Source: Tolypothrix carrinoi HA7290-LM1 (GTDB taxonomy: Bacteria; Cyanobacteriota; Cyanobacteriia; Cyanobacteriales; Nostocaceae). Taken from it: a stretch of DNA of 64,000 nucleotides. Of this stretch, positions 10,566-20,576 are shown in pieces; within the stretch, counting starts at the first letter, position 1; every line of letters begins with the position of its first letter. Location: NCBI GenBank assembly GCA_019358935.1, contig JAHHIK010000014.1:37120-101119 (forward strand), given 5' to 3'. The notes under the pieces were generated by a model that was not told the DNA's origin, did no database searches, and saw only the letters and a program-made list of their open reading frames with translations. The position numbers and the translations under genes are program-made.

Positions 10566-12287
10566 TTACTTGTCTTTTTTAATTTTTAGCGCTTTCACTA
10601 TACTCCATGCGCCGAGTGCCAATAGTCCTAGTGCAGGTGTGGATTCGGGGACAGATTTAGACTTTTCAGAAGTGTAGTCCTTATCGATATCAAAGATTGG
10701 CAGGCTCTGGTTTACAGTCCTAAGAGCGAGGGTACGAGCGCACCCACCACCACCGCTTCCACCGCCACCATTACAACCACCGCCATTGTCACCGCTATCG
10801 CCACTTGCGGGCAGATTAAACCAGAAATAGCGGTTGCTGACAAGCTGACTTATCCCTGGTTGTTGGGAGCCATTGAGCGATAATTCACTTGGATTAACGC
10901 TTGATAATCCGTCACCAAAACCGATGGCTGCCGGTGTACCGCCAAATCCACCTGTTCCTCCACTGGCATCACCTGTTTCCCATTGGACATCTTTATAAAA
11001 GAAGCCAACGTTGCCTTCATTTGCAGGAGTAGGATAATCGGGTCCGCGCAGTACCAGCTGGAAGGAGGCTAATTTGTCTGTGTTCTGATTGTAATATCCC
11101 ACTTTGTCCCATGTAACGATGACTTGGTTGGGAATATCTGTCCGCACTGCTACAGTTCCCGTGCCACGGGTATCTACATCTGCCCAGTAAGGAGCAATTA
11201 TGGGAGCAGAACTTTGTGCGCCCACAGAGGTTGGTGTGTATGCTCCAATCGGGTTACCAAAAGAAATATTGCCGTTGTTGTTGAGGTAGAAACTGTTATA
11301 TGTGTTGCCAAAAAAGGGCAGTGAAAAACCTAAGGGATAAGAACCGAAGGAGCCATCATCATTTGGAAAATATCCGCTTGGAGGTCCTCCAATTCCACCA
11401 CAAAGCACACTATCAAACACACCACCAAGTCCACCACAAAACGCACCATTAAACAGACCACCAAGGTTATCTGTATAGTACCCGCGATATTCGTGGAGTA
11501 CTGGTACTCGCGTGAATCCGAACTCATCCAGTACCTGTTGCTGATAGTTGATGGGTAATTCAGCGTCTTCCCCCAGAGACTCCAGACGGGTGACATTAGT
11601 GGTTTTATCATCCCTAATCCTTGTTGACCATTTAAAACCACTGAGAAAATCATACGTTTGATTTCCAAAATCACCAACGAGAAAGGTGAGAAAATCCAAC
11701 TCATTTCCAGCTGGGTCTCCTCCAGGGTAGTCTTGAAAATTTAATTCTGTTCCGTCTACTCTCTCCTCTAGTAAATTACCAAAATCCCAATCTCTGACAT
11801 CATTATCATCGTCTGGCTTTTCGTATTCATCAAAGTACCAGGGTTTATCATCTGCCCATCTACCATCTTCATTGCTAGGAAGTTCGTACCCATTTTTAGG
11901 TAAATCGATATACGGTGCAGATAGCAGATTACCATTAACATCATTGGGAGGCGATGTATCATGTGTGATTATCTGCAACCAATTAAAGTGAAATTTGTCA
12001 AATCCAGTCTCCTGTCTAATTTCATTCTGTAGTTGCTCGATAGTCATTGTCGTACCATTGCTATTTTTTTTAGTGACTTTAAATGCTCCATAAAGTCCTT
12101 CTGAATCGCCGAAATCTAGAGAAATTGTATCAATATCAACGTCAACTAAATCAACTGTTTCGCCCTTTACTTTTACATTAACTGTTGCTCTCCCCCAAGC
12201 TGTTGTACTCAACATTGTGTTGAGTAAAATAGCTATACCCACTTGGACTATAATTATTTGGCTGAAGTTCAGTTTATATGCTTTCAT
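10566..12287 (-). CDS. secreted NIDO-domain protein with PEP-CTERM sorting signal
   Basis: Signal peptide; NIDO motifs (LGFSLPFFG, NNNGNISF, IAPYWADVD, FQLVL, QWETGD); C-terminal VPESTPALGLLALG...KIKKDK. Confidence 0.88.
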   Translation of the reverse strand: MKAYKLNFSQIIIVQVGIAILLNTMLSTTAWGRATVNVKVKGETVDLVDVDIDTISLDFGDSEGLYGAFKVTKKNSNGTTMTIEQLQNEIRQETGFDKFHFNWLQIITHDTSPPNDVNGNLLSAPYIDLPKNGYELPSNEDGRWADDKPWYFDEYEKPDDDNDVRDWDFGNLLEERVDGTELNFQDYPGGDPAGNELDFLTFLVGDFGNQTYDFLSGFKWSTRIRDDKTTNVTRLESLGEDAELPINYQQQVLDEFGFTRVPVLHEYRGYYTDNLGGLFNGAFCGGLGGVFDSVLCGGIGGPPSGYFPNDDGSFGSYPLGFSLPFFGNTYNSFYLNNNGNISFGNPIGAYTPTSVGAQSSAPIIAPYWADVDTRGTGTVAVRTDIPNQVIVTWDKVGYYNQNTDKLASFQLVLRGPDYPTPANEGNVGFFYKDVQWETGDASGGTGGFGGTPAAIGFGDGLSSVNPSELSLNGSQQPGISQLVSNRYFWFNLPASGDSGDNGGGCNGGGGSGGGGCARTLALRTVNQSLPIFDIDKDYTSEKSKSVPESTPALGLLALGAWSIVKALKIKKDK

Positions 12288-12325
12288 TGGATTCTCTTGT
12301 CTTTTTTAGAAGGATATACAGCAGC

Positions 12326-13090
12326 CTATTGGCTAATTTCTCTGACCTCGTGGGTTGTTAGATCGAACCGCCATAATTTTGTGACCAAATTATTGTCAGG
12401 TAAGGAACGCTTGGTCTTTTTAAAGTTATAGAATCTTGAGTCAGGGGAAAACTTACCTTCCCCAAGTGCTCTCAACTGTGAAAACTCCTGAATTTCCTGA
12501 CACGTATCAAGATTGAAAAGCTTTGTGTAAACGTGCGCTGCACGAACGGGATTTCTCCGGGGATAATTTTTCTCGCTGGAGGGATATCCGGCGGCGAACC
12601 AAACGACTAAAAAGCGGTCATCTGGAGAAAAAAGAAAGTGAAAAGGCCCAGGCATTCGTCTCTTCAGCAGTTCACAGATTTGCGTCAACTCAGGATAGGC
12701 ATACAAGGACACGCCATCTGGATACTTGTAAGTAAAGAATTTCGTTTCGTCGTGTGAGAAGCCATAAATCCTCTGTTGAAAACGGTGGACTTGTTGACCT
12801 GTAGCTAAATCCCAAAAAACAGCGTGGTCTTTTTGCGAGGCAGCAACAGTTCTACCATCATCTAGGAGAAATACCTCTCTAACAACAATCCCTTCATCCA
12901 TGCCAAAAATACGGATCACCTCACCGGAACTAATTTCCCTTATAGTTACTTGCCCTTGTCGGTCACCGCAGACTTGGTAACCACTTGCTTGAACTGTGTT
13001 TACTTGCTCAAACATATTTCCCTCGCCTTCTATCCCGAATATAATTAAGCGCAAAACCCAACAGGAGATTTTGGCAGCCTGTCGCCTCAT
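12326..13090 (-). CDS. WD40/beta-propeller-like hypothetical protein (start may be ATG at 13015)
   Basis: VFWDLATG and FSPDDRFL / FSPDSRF repeats. Confidence 0.7.
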   Translation of the reverse strand: MRRQAAKISCWVLRLIIFGIEGEGNMFEQVNTVQASGYQVCGDRQGQVTIREISSGEVIRIFGMDEGIVVREVFLLDDGRTVAASQKDHAVFWDLATGQQVHRFQQRIYGFSHDETKFFTYKYPDGVSLYAYPELTQICELLKRRMPGPFHFLFSPDDRFLVVWFAAGYPSSEKNYPRRNPVRAAHVYTKLFNLDTCQEIQEFSQLRALGEGKFSPDSRFYNFKKTKRSLPDNNLVTKLWRFDLTTHEVREISQ

Positions 13091-14185
13091 CTATAAGCGT
13101 TCATGCAGCAACATTAATTTTCTTTCAAAGCGATTGTAGTCGCATTAAGATGAAAGGCAAATATTTTTTAGCTGAATCACCAGAAAATTTTGCACGTCTT
13201 GGCATTGGTTTAGACGCATAAATTCGATTTTATTTGATGCTAATTCAATGTACTACTGTCTGCAATTGAGTGCAAATATCTCTATCCTCAGACAAATTGT
13301 CGCTCCTATACAGCTTTTTTATATTTAGGTAAAACTCTCTATTTGTGTGACTGGTTAAACATTATTATGATTAATGTTCAAGAAATAATTATGAATGAAA
13401 TGTGTTTATCTCAGCCAAAAATATGAATGAAATGTTTAAAACAAGAAAAGCAAAAAAAGTTAATTATTAAAATCATGTAAAGATAAAGATATAGCCTGAC
13501 ATCAAAGGAGGCGCTATTCTCCAAGCGGGCGTGAGGTTTGAATGCTTACTTTTTTTCTACTTTCGTATTGCGGCATTTCCTGACCACGACCAGAACCAAT
13601 ACGCTTGGTGTTAAGGCTATGCAGTGCTTGAAACAATAAACACAGTTAAATTCATTTTTGTTCCAGTACCTCTGGGGAATGACCTTTTTCGCGCTCGTAT
13701 TTTGATACAGGCTTTTTCACAACCGTTGGGTTGTTTCTATGAACTCTTTGAGGCAGAACTTGGTCAACAATCTCTACAGTTAACCAACTCAAAAAAAGGC
13801 AAGTTCAAGTGGAAAGCAAACGCGCTCAATTTGGGGAGGGCACTCAGAACAACTCGCAATTAAAGCAAACAATACCTAATTTACTACTATTTGAGCCTTA
13901 ACTGAACTGCATTCGGGTATAACCCACTACAATTTTTCGATTTAGCAGTGGCAAAATAAGATTTTACAGACTCCTGTGCATTGCTCTATTACTGTCAAAT
14001 CAAGGGAATTTCTACTTGTTAGAGCTACCAACCAGATTAAATATCTCCTTCTTCAGATTGGTAAAAAGTCTAGGAGGGGAATGACCCCACATTTATTCGC
14101 AAAAAGTATTCTACCGTTGTAGCGTTCTGGTTATAATTGTCTTCCATCTGTCTCTAACATTTAACTCAAATCTGCACCGTTTGAT

Positions 14186-14350
14186 ATGGCACGTACTCGT
14201 TCTAAATCTGATTTACCTACAAAAATCTGTCCGGTATGTCAACGTCCCTTCACATGGCGCAAAAAATGGGAAGATTGTTGGGACGAAGTGAAATATTGCT
14301 CAGAACGTTGTCGTCGTCACCGTTCTCAGGCTAAAACAACTGGGGAATAG
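14186..14350 (+). CDS. DUF2256 family small Cys-rich protein
   Basis: My translation: MARTRSKSDLPTKICPVCQRPFTWRKKWEDCWDEVKYCSERCRRHRSQAKTTGE*. Below the ORF-track size cutoff. Confidence 0.9.
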   Translation: MARTRSKSDLPTKICPVCQRPFTWRKKWEDCWDEVKYCSERCRRHRSQAKTTGE

Positions 14351-14540
14351 GGAATGGGGAATGGGGAATAGGGAATGGGGAATGGGGACAAGGGGGACAA
14401 GGGAGACAAGGGAGACAAGGGGACAAGGGGACAAGGAGACAAGGAGACAAGGAGACAAGGAGACAAGGAGACAAGGAGACAAGGAGACAAGGAGATAAAG
14501 GGACAAATTCTTTCTCCCACTCTCCCCATCTCCCCATCCC
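14341..14540. repeat. STRR-type tandem repeats (GGGAATR heptamers, GGAGACAA octamers)
   Basis: Directly visible. Confidence 0.9.
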
Positions 14541-14589
14541 CTTGGTTAAAGGCAACTTAGTATTAGACGCAAATAGCGCAAAGGTATAA

Positions 14590-15543
14590 ATGAAATTACA
14601 TATGCAACCTAAATTAATTATTCATGGAGGAGCTGGAAGTTCTCTCCACGGTAAAGGTGGAGTGGATATAGTGCGGCGATCGCTCTATAAAGTAGTAGAA
14701 GAAGTTTATTCTCTTTTACTTTCCGGTGCAAGAGCTTCTGAAGCGGTGGTGCGGGGTTGTCAAATGTTGGAAGATGACCCCCGCTTTAATTCTGGTACTG
14801 GTTCGGTACTGCAATCTGATGGTCAAATCCGCATGAGTGCTTCTTTGATGGATGGAACAACGCAAAGCTTTAGTGGTGTGATTAATGTTTCGCGGGTGCA
14901 AAATCCGATTGAATTGGCGCAATTTTTACAAAATTCACCCGACCGAGTGCTGTCAGATTACGGTTCTGCTGAATTAGCGCGGGAAATGCAAATTCCCAGT
15001 TACAATGCTTTAACTGAGTTGCGCTTGCAAGAGTGGATGCAAGAACGCCAAGATAATTTTAAAAGAACAATGGCTGGGGTTGTGGCAGAACCGGAATTAG
15101 TGGAAACTAGCAACGCCCGACGCGGGACGATTGGTGTGGTAGTATTAGATACTCACGGCAGGCTAGCTGTTGGCACTTCTACGGGTGGTAAAGGCTTTGA
15201 GCGGATTGGACGTGTCAGTGATTCTGCGATGCCTGCGGGTAATTATGCTACAGTAAAGGCTGCCGTAAGTTGCACGGGTATTGGCGAAGATATCATTGAT
15301 GAGTGTTTGGCACCAAAGATTGTGATTCGCGTTACCGATGGTATGTCCCTCAAAGATGCGATGCAGCGTTCATTTAGCGAAGCAAAAAACCACAAGCGAG
15401 ATTTTGGGGCGATCGCTCTTGATGCGGATGGGGCGATCGCTTGGGGTAAAACCAGCGAAGTCCTTCTCGCAGCTTACCACGATGGCGAAAAAATTGCTGA
15501 CACTTTGGAATGGACTGGTGAAGAACTGGTAGGTTATTGCTGA
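14590..15543 (+). CDS. iaaA: isoaspartyl peptidase / L-asparaginase (Ntn hydrolase), probably cyanophycin dipeptide catabolism
   Basis: IHGGAG, nucleophile motif GTIGVV, TSTGG, GRVSDS, SCTGIGE. Confidence 0.9.
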   Translation: MKLHMQPKLIIHGGAGSSLHGKGGVDIVRRSLYKVVEEVYSLLLSGARASEAVVRGCQMLEDDPRFNSGTGSVLQSDGQIRMSASLMDGTTQSFSGVINVSRVQNPIELAQFLQNSPDRVLSDYGSAELAREMQIPSYNALTELRLQEWMQERQDNFKRTMAGVVAEPELVETSNARRGTIGVVVLDTHGRLAVGTSTGGKGFERIGRVSDSAMPAGNYATVKAAVSCTGIGEDIIDECLAPKIVIRVTDGMSLKDAMQRSFSEAKNHKRDFGAIALDADGAIAWGKTSEVLLAAYHDGEKIADTLEWTGEELVGYC

Positions 15544-15956
15544 ATTAATTTCAGTGCAAGAGTGATAATTTCTTCTTGGTCAACCATTACTGCTAATTCT
15601 TGGGCTTCATAACGTCCTTCAAAAGCTTCAAGCGCTGCTTTTTTCAATGCCAGTTGATATCCTTGTTGCAGAATATCGATTAATTCTGTTTGATTCAAGT
15701 AAAAACTGCCTGATTTGCGGCGCTTGTTGATTTTGTTAATTTCTCGCACCGCATTTTCTATGGAAATCTCCCAAGAGCGAGGAGAACGTTTTTCAGCTTT
15801 CTGTTTAATTAAATAAATGAGAAGAATTACCCCATAACTATCAATTTTATTGATTTTGTCACTCAGGCTCAGTTCTTCTAACTCATCCACCAACAGCAAA
15901 GCTTCATAAACTTTGCCTTGTTCTAGAAGTTGCCTCAGTTCTAGTAGTTCTTCCAT
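15534..15956 (-). CDS. DUF29 family protein
   Basis: ELEELS...DKI...RSWEISIENA pattern; overlaps the convergent upstream gene by 10 nt. Confidence 0.75.
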   Translation of the reverse strand: MEELLELRQLLEQGKVYEALLLVDELEELSLSDKINKIDSYGVILLIYLIKQKAEKRSPRSWEISIENAVREINKINKRRKSGSFYLNQTELIDILQQGYQLALKKAALEAFEGRYEAQELAVMVDQEEIITLALKLIQQ

Positions 15957-16008
15957 ATTGAATCTTGAGATTTTGGCTTCACTACTAATTTAATAAATCA
16001 CACATATT

Positions 16009-16037
16009 GTAGAGACGTTCCGACGGAACGTCTCTAC
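16009..16037. repeat. GTAG-type REP-like palindrome (copy 1)
   Basis: GTAGAGACGTTCC-gac-GGAACGTCTCTAC; same arms at 30877-30905. Confidence 0.85.
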
Positions 16038-16086
16038 GACGGTTAGTGTTTCTCCCTCATCTCCCTCATCTTCCTCATCTTCCCCA

Positions 16087-17454
16087 TCACCCCACGTCCC
16101 CATCAGGACGCTTCAACCGCCAACCTGGTTTGACTACTTGACGCGCACGGGCTATTACCAGACAATCATCAGGGACATCTTCTGTAACAGTTGAACCACC
16201 AGCAACTGTGACATCAGAACCGAGTGTCAATGGAGCCACAAGAACGTTGTTGACACCTGTTTTAGTCCGATCGCCTATTTTGGTAGGATGTTTTTTCACA
16301 CCATCATAATTGGCAGTAATCGTGCCACCACCGATATTTACTTGATTTCCGGTTGTGGTATCGCCCAAATATGACAGATGTGCTGCATTGGTGCGATCGC
16401 CTAACTTAGTATTTTTTAATTCCACAAAATTACCGATGCGGCAATTTGCCCCCACTTGTGCATGTCCGCGTAAATGGGCATAAGGACCAATTCGAGCGTT
16501 TTCCTCTACGGTGCTATCTGTCACCACAGAATACATCACCGTGACATTTTCACTTAAGTGGCTATTCTCAATTAAACTTCCAGGTCCGATGCGACATCCT
16601 GTTTGAATGACCGTATTGCCTCGCAGGTGAGTTTGCGGTTCAATAATTACATCTGGCTGTAATTCTACCGTGTCATCAATTGTAATGCTGATGGGGTCGA
16701 TGAGAGTGACACCTGCTGCCATCCATTTTTCTTTAATTCGCGTTTGCAAAATATCCGATGCTGCTGCTAGTTGCAGGCGATCGTTAATACCCAAAATTTC
16801 CTGAGAATCTGACACATCAACTGCCATCACTTTACCAACTTGAGTTACCGCATCGGTGAGGTAGTATTCTTTTTGGGCATTGTTTGCTTGCAAATGTGGT
16901 AACACATGCGCTAACTCTTGCCAGTTAAAGCAGTAAATTCCCGCATTGACACGGCGATTTTGTTTTTGGGCAGTAGTGCAATCTTTATCTTCAACGATTT
17001 GTTCGACAATATTATCACTGTTGCAAAAAACACGCCCGTAGCCTTTAGCATCGCTCAGATGTGCGGTGAGGATGGTAGCAGCGTTGTCATTTTCTTGATG
17101 AGTTTGCAACAGTTGTTTGAGTGTTTCGGTGCGTAATAAGGGCACATCGCCGTTTAACACCAGCAAATCCCCAGTATAGCCTTCGAGGTGAGGAAGTAAT
17201 TGCTGGATGGCATGACCTGTTCCCAATTGTACAGTCTGTTCGACAAACTCCAAATCCGGGTTTGATTGCATGGCTGTTTTTAGTTGTTCAGCCTGATATC
17301 CGACAATCAGCATTTGCCGTGAGGGATTCATCGGTTGTACACTTTCGAGAACTCTCTCTACTAGCGATCGCCCACCCAAAGAATGTAAAACCTTGGGTAG
17401 GTGTGATTTCATCCTTGTGCCGCGTCCTGCCGCTAAAATTGCTACGACTACCAT
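16087..17454 (-). CDS. glmU: bifunctional UDP-GlcNAc pyrophosphorylase / glucosamine-1-phosphate N-acetyltransferase
   Basis: [28 protein letters not shown], hexapeptide repeats, NYDG. Confidence 0.98.
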   Translation of the reverse strand: MVVVAILAAGRGTRMKSHLPKVLHSLGGRSLVERVLESVQPMNPSRQMLIVGYQAEQLKTAMQSNPDLEFVEQTVQLGTGHAIQQLLPHLEGYTGDLLVLNGDVPLLRTETLKQLLQTHQENDNAATILTAHLSDAKGYGRVFCNSDNIVEQIVEDKDCTTAQKQNRRVNAGIYCFNWQELAHVLPHLQANNAQKEYYLTDAVTQVGKVMAVDVSDSQEILGINDRLQLAAASDILQTRIKEKWMAAGVTLIDPISITIDDTVELQPDVIIEPQTHLRGNTVIQTGCRIGPGSLIENSHLSENVTVMYSVVTDSTVEENARIGPYAHLRGHAQVGANCRIGNFVELKNTKLGDRTNAAHLSYLGDTTTGNQVNIGGGTITANYDGVKKHPTKIGDRTKTGVNNVLVAPLTLGSDVTVAGGSTVTEDVPDDCLVIARARQVVKPGWRLKRPDGDVG

Positions 17455-17569
17455 AATTAGCTATCAGCTATCAGTTAATTGCGATGAATCTACACAAATA
17501 GTTTGAGATTCCCGCTCAAATGATACCTGATTACGCCCTGAACCAAAATGTTAATTCTTCTTAAAAAGT

Positions 17570-18796
17570 TTATTGCTTGCTAGAAAGAATAAATTCTCTA
17601 AACTGTAGCATTAGTTTGGGGTTGCGCCAACCCTTTGCTGTTTCTTCCGCCATGACGCTGAGAGCTTCTTCTTCGCTGAAAGCTCTTTTGTAAGGTCGTT
17701 CGCTAGTTAGGGCATCGTAAATATCAATCATTTGAAAAACTTGTGCCAGATAAGGAATTTCATCTTCCTTCAGTCCATCGGGATAACCAGAGCCATCCCA
17801 GCGTTCGTGGTGGTGGCGAATTATCGGAATTACACCGCGCATACTGCGTAATGGCTGGCAGATTTTTTCACCAATCAAAACGTGTTTTTTCATAATATCC
17901 CACTCTTCGGGGGTTAGTTTACCACGCTTTAGTAGCACCACATCAGGAATACCCACTTTACCGATATCGTGGAGATAACCCCCCCACATCAAATTCCGAA
18001 TTTGGTTGCGTGAGAGATTGAGGAATTCTGCAAAAGCTTCTCCCAATGTTACCAATCGCTCGCAGTGGTCGCCAGTATTGGGATCGCGACTTTCAATTGC
18101 TCTGGCAATAGAAAATAACACTTTTTCGGCATGGTCTAAATCTTCGTTTAGACGCTTTTGCCTGACTAAAGATTTAACCCGTGCTGCCAATTCTAAACGG
18201 TCAAAAGGTTTGGTTAAAAAATCATCTGCCCCAACTTCGATTCCCTGGATGCGCGATCGCTTATCATTTAAAGCTGTAATGAAAATCACCGGGATTAACC
18301 TGGTATGTTCATCCTGCTTAAGTAACTGGCACACTTGAAATCCATCCATCCCCGCCATCATTACATCTAACAAAATTAGATCCGGTTGTTTTTGTGTTAC
18401 CAGTTCTATGGCAGTATAACCACTGTCTGCCTCAATCACTTCGTAGCCTTCCATCGCTAAAAGCGCGACAGCAGTCAGACGACTGGCAGGATGATCGTCT
18501 ACTACTAAAACTTTCGGCGCATCACAATCAAAGCCATTCACTGTTGACCCTTTGGCTTGTCGCGTTCTAGAGACCAATGAATTATTACTTGTATTAACAT
18601 CAGGATTCATCCAAGAAGACAAGACTTCGGTTTCTTCAGCCATCACGTTTTGTTCAGATAAGCTCAAGGAATTACCCTCGGCTTTGTTCAATGCTAAGGC
18701 ATGATTTGAACCGATACCATTGACATTGTTTGAGGGGTTTAACCCACTAACAATTTGTTCGCCCTTGGCAGTATACTTGGATTTCCATTGAGTCAC
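17570..18796 (-). CDS. response regulator with HD-GYP (c-di-GMP phosphodiesterase) output
   Basis: REC domain (VVDD, LLDVMM, KP) plus HDIGK and HHERWDGSGYPDGL. Start codon uncertain. Confidence 0.92.
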   Translation of the reverse strand: MTQWKSKYTAKGEQIVSGLNPSNNVNGIGSNHALALNKAEGNSLSLSEQNVMAEETEVLSSWMNPDVNTSNNSLVSRTRQAKGSTVNGFDCDAPKVLVVDDHPASRLTAVALLAMEGYEVIEADSGYTAIELVTQKQPDLILLDVMMAGMDGFQVCQLLKQDEHTRLIPVIFITALNDKRSRIQGIEVGADDFLTKPFDRLELAARVKSLVRQKRLNEDLDHAEKVLFSIARAIESRDPNTGDHCERLVTLGEAFAEFLNLSRNQIRNLMWGGYLHDIGKVGIPDVVLLKRGKLTPEEWDIMKKHVLIGEKICQPLRSMRGVIPIIRHHHERWDGSGYPDGLKEDEIPYLAQVFQMIDIYDALTSERPYKRAFSEEEALSVMAEETAKGWRNPKLMLQFREFILSSKQ

Positions 18797-19170
18797 AAAG
18801 GCACTCCAATAAAAAACTTCACTGCGGTTAGAGAAAAAACAATTTTAGAATTTGACTATATTTGAGTTTGCATTTTCACAAGCTTTATGCATCATAACTG
18901 TAAAATGTTGGTTTTAATGCATAGCATGTGTTTTTTACGTGTTATTGGAACAATATAAATATAGCTATTAAATTCCCCACTGGTCTAATTACAGTATGAG
19001 CAATTTTTACAAATGTTAAATCAGGTTTTTTACGGAGATTTCTTAACATCGCAGCCCCAGAAAATTTTGTCCTCGCTAAATTTATATAAAAGTAAAGGAT
19101 TTTTAGGAACTAAGTTTTTATTTTCCGCACTATCACACGCGCATTTTTCGCTTTATGAATGGAAAACATC

Positions 19171-19314
19171 TAACTATGATTGGCAGAGTGTCGCAGTCAT
19201 AACTTACTTATATTTTAGTGATTTGTATTACATAAATAACTCTTATTTAACTATGATTGGCAAAGTGTCGCAGTGATAACTTACTTATATCCATAGTGAT
19301 TTGTATCACATAAA
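19171..19314. repeat. tandem duplication (~66-bp unit, ~77-bp period), each copy with a CRP-like site
   Basis: TAACTATGATTGGCA...ACATAAA at 19171 and 19248; AGTGA-N6-TYACA at 19217-19232 and 19295-19310. Confidence 0.8.
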
Positions 19315-19370
19315 CGCCTACAGTTTTCTTTGAAATTAGAAATTTTGTGAAAAAAAGATAGATTTTTGGA

Positions 19371-20576
19371 TTAACTTAAGCGCAGCCAGCGTTTTCAAAA
19401 AACGAGAGGTAGGTTCGAGCGTACAGGTTTGCTGCTCTTTTTCTCGTCTTTTAATGATGACATCAGCGCGATCGCGCTACTTGCGGATCGCGGTAAGGAA
19501 TAGCAGCACTCATAAATGCAAATGTTCTTTTTCTGCCTGGGAAAGGGTGGAGGAGGGGGGGAGAGGGGGGGATGGGGGAGACAAGGGGGAGGGGGGAGAC
19601 AAGGGAGATGGGGAAGACAAGGAAGACGAGGAGGCAAACTCCCCCGGCCCCCTGCCCCCTGCCCCCTGCCCCCTGCCCCCTGCCCCCTCCTCTTGTATGC
19701 GCTGCAACAGTACCAGGCGATCGCCTTCCCACTGGTGGGGTAGAACCGATTTGTAAATCGGCTGCCAAAAGTGCTGTGCGTACTGCCGCAGCACAGGAAT
19801 AAGTCGCTAATAATCCATCTACGTGTAAACACATAGAGACTTTTTTAATAAATTCAATTGTCCACAATTGCGGACATTGAGGTGGTGAAAAAGGATCGAG
19901 AAAAATTGCACACTAAGCGAAAACCTGAGTGATATACTTGCCCTATCGTGCTTCTAGCATCGCCAATTAGTAGCCTTGCCGCTATATTGTCTCGAAATAC
20001 TTGATGCTCACTCGCCGTCATTAGTCAAAATTTCCGTATATTCGTAACTCCAATTGTCGAATAAGCGCTAAGAGCGATCGCCGCAATTGGCACAGATGCA
20101 TTCAACTCTAAACCGATTACTTCCACATAACAATTGGGATTCACTGCCCAAATTGTCTGCAAAGCAGCTGCGGTGTTGTATCCTAACCCTTGAAGAAAGG
20201 CAGAGGGCAGGAGGCAGAAGGCAGAAGGAGCAATCGGATGGGGATTCAAACCCCAACCGATTGAATCCACCGTGTAGACGGTGGGGTTTTATACCCAGTT
20301 GGCTCCAGCCAGAAGGCTGAATCAAAGACATAATTTATACCTTCTGCCCTCTGCCCTCTGCCTTCTGCCTTCCGCCGAAGGCGGATAACAAACATCTAAC
20401 AAACGCAACACTGGTTTATTAGCTTTCAACGCTAGTTGCGTAGGACTGGCAAACTTGAAAAAACTCTCTTGACGCGCTCCATAATGACTGTGAAAAAACT
20501 TGCCAAACTCTTTGGAAATAAACGTGAAAGAGCCGTCTGCTGTAACTTGTGGTATAAAGTTATCATCATTTGTCAT
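19371..20576 (-). pseudogene. mnmD: MnmD/MnmC-type tRNA methyltransferase, fragmented
   Basis: Pieces in different frames: TADGSFT..FHSHYGA..LDVCY|GLGYN, LLIGDAR, FLDPFSPPQCPQLWT, LATYSCAAAVR, AIPYRDP. Several frameshifts, one repeat tract and one element insertion. Confidence 0.85.
20190..20384 (-). mobile_element. 195-bp non-autonomous IS200/IS605-like miniature element, copy 1
   Basis: Near-identical to 49699-49894. On the minus strand it follows TTAT and ends TTCAA with no TSD; removal rejoins DVCY-GLGYN. Confidence 0.85.

Noticed and set aside
13624..13863. 79-aa ORF
   Set aside because: No recognisable motif; lies between repeat-like ends, so coding status is unsupported.
14300..14560. 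Four overlapping short ORFs
   Set aside because: Low-complexity repeat translations.
19395..19867. Six overlapping ORFs as independent genes
   Set aside because: Explained by the mnmD-like pseudogene fragments plus a repeat tract.
20068..20331. ORF MSLIQPSGW... (also at 49752..49943) as a small transposase or peptide
   Set aside because: Starts inside the element and runs into different flanks in each copy; no HUH or RuvC motif.
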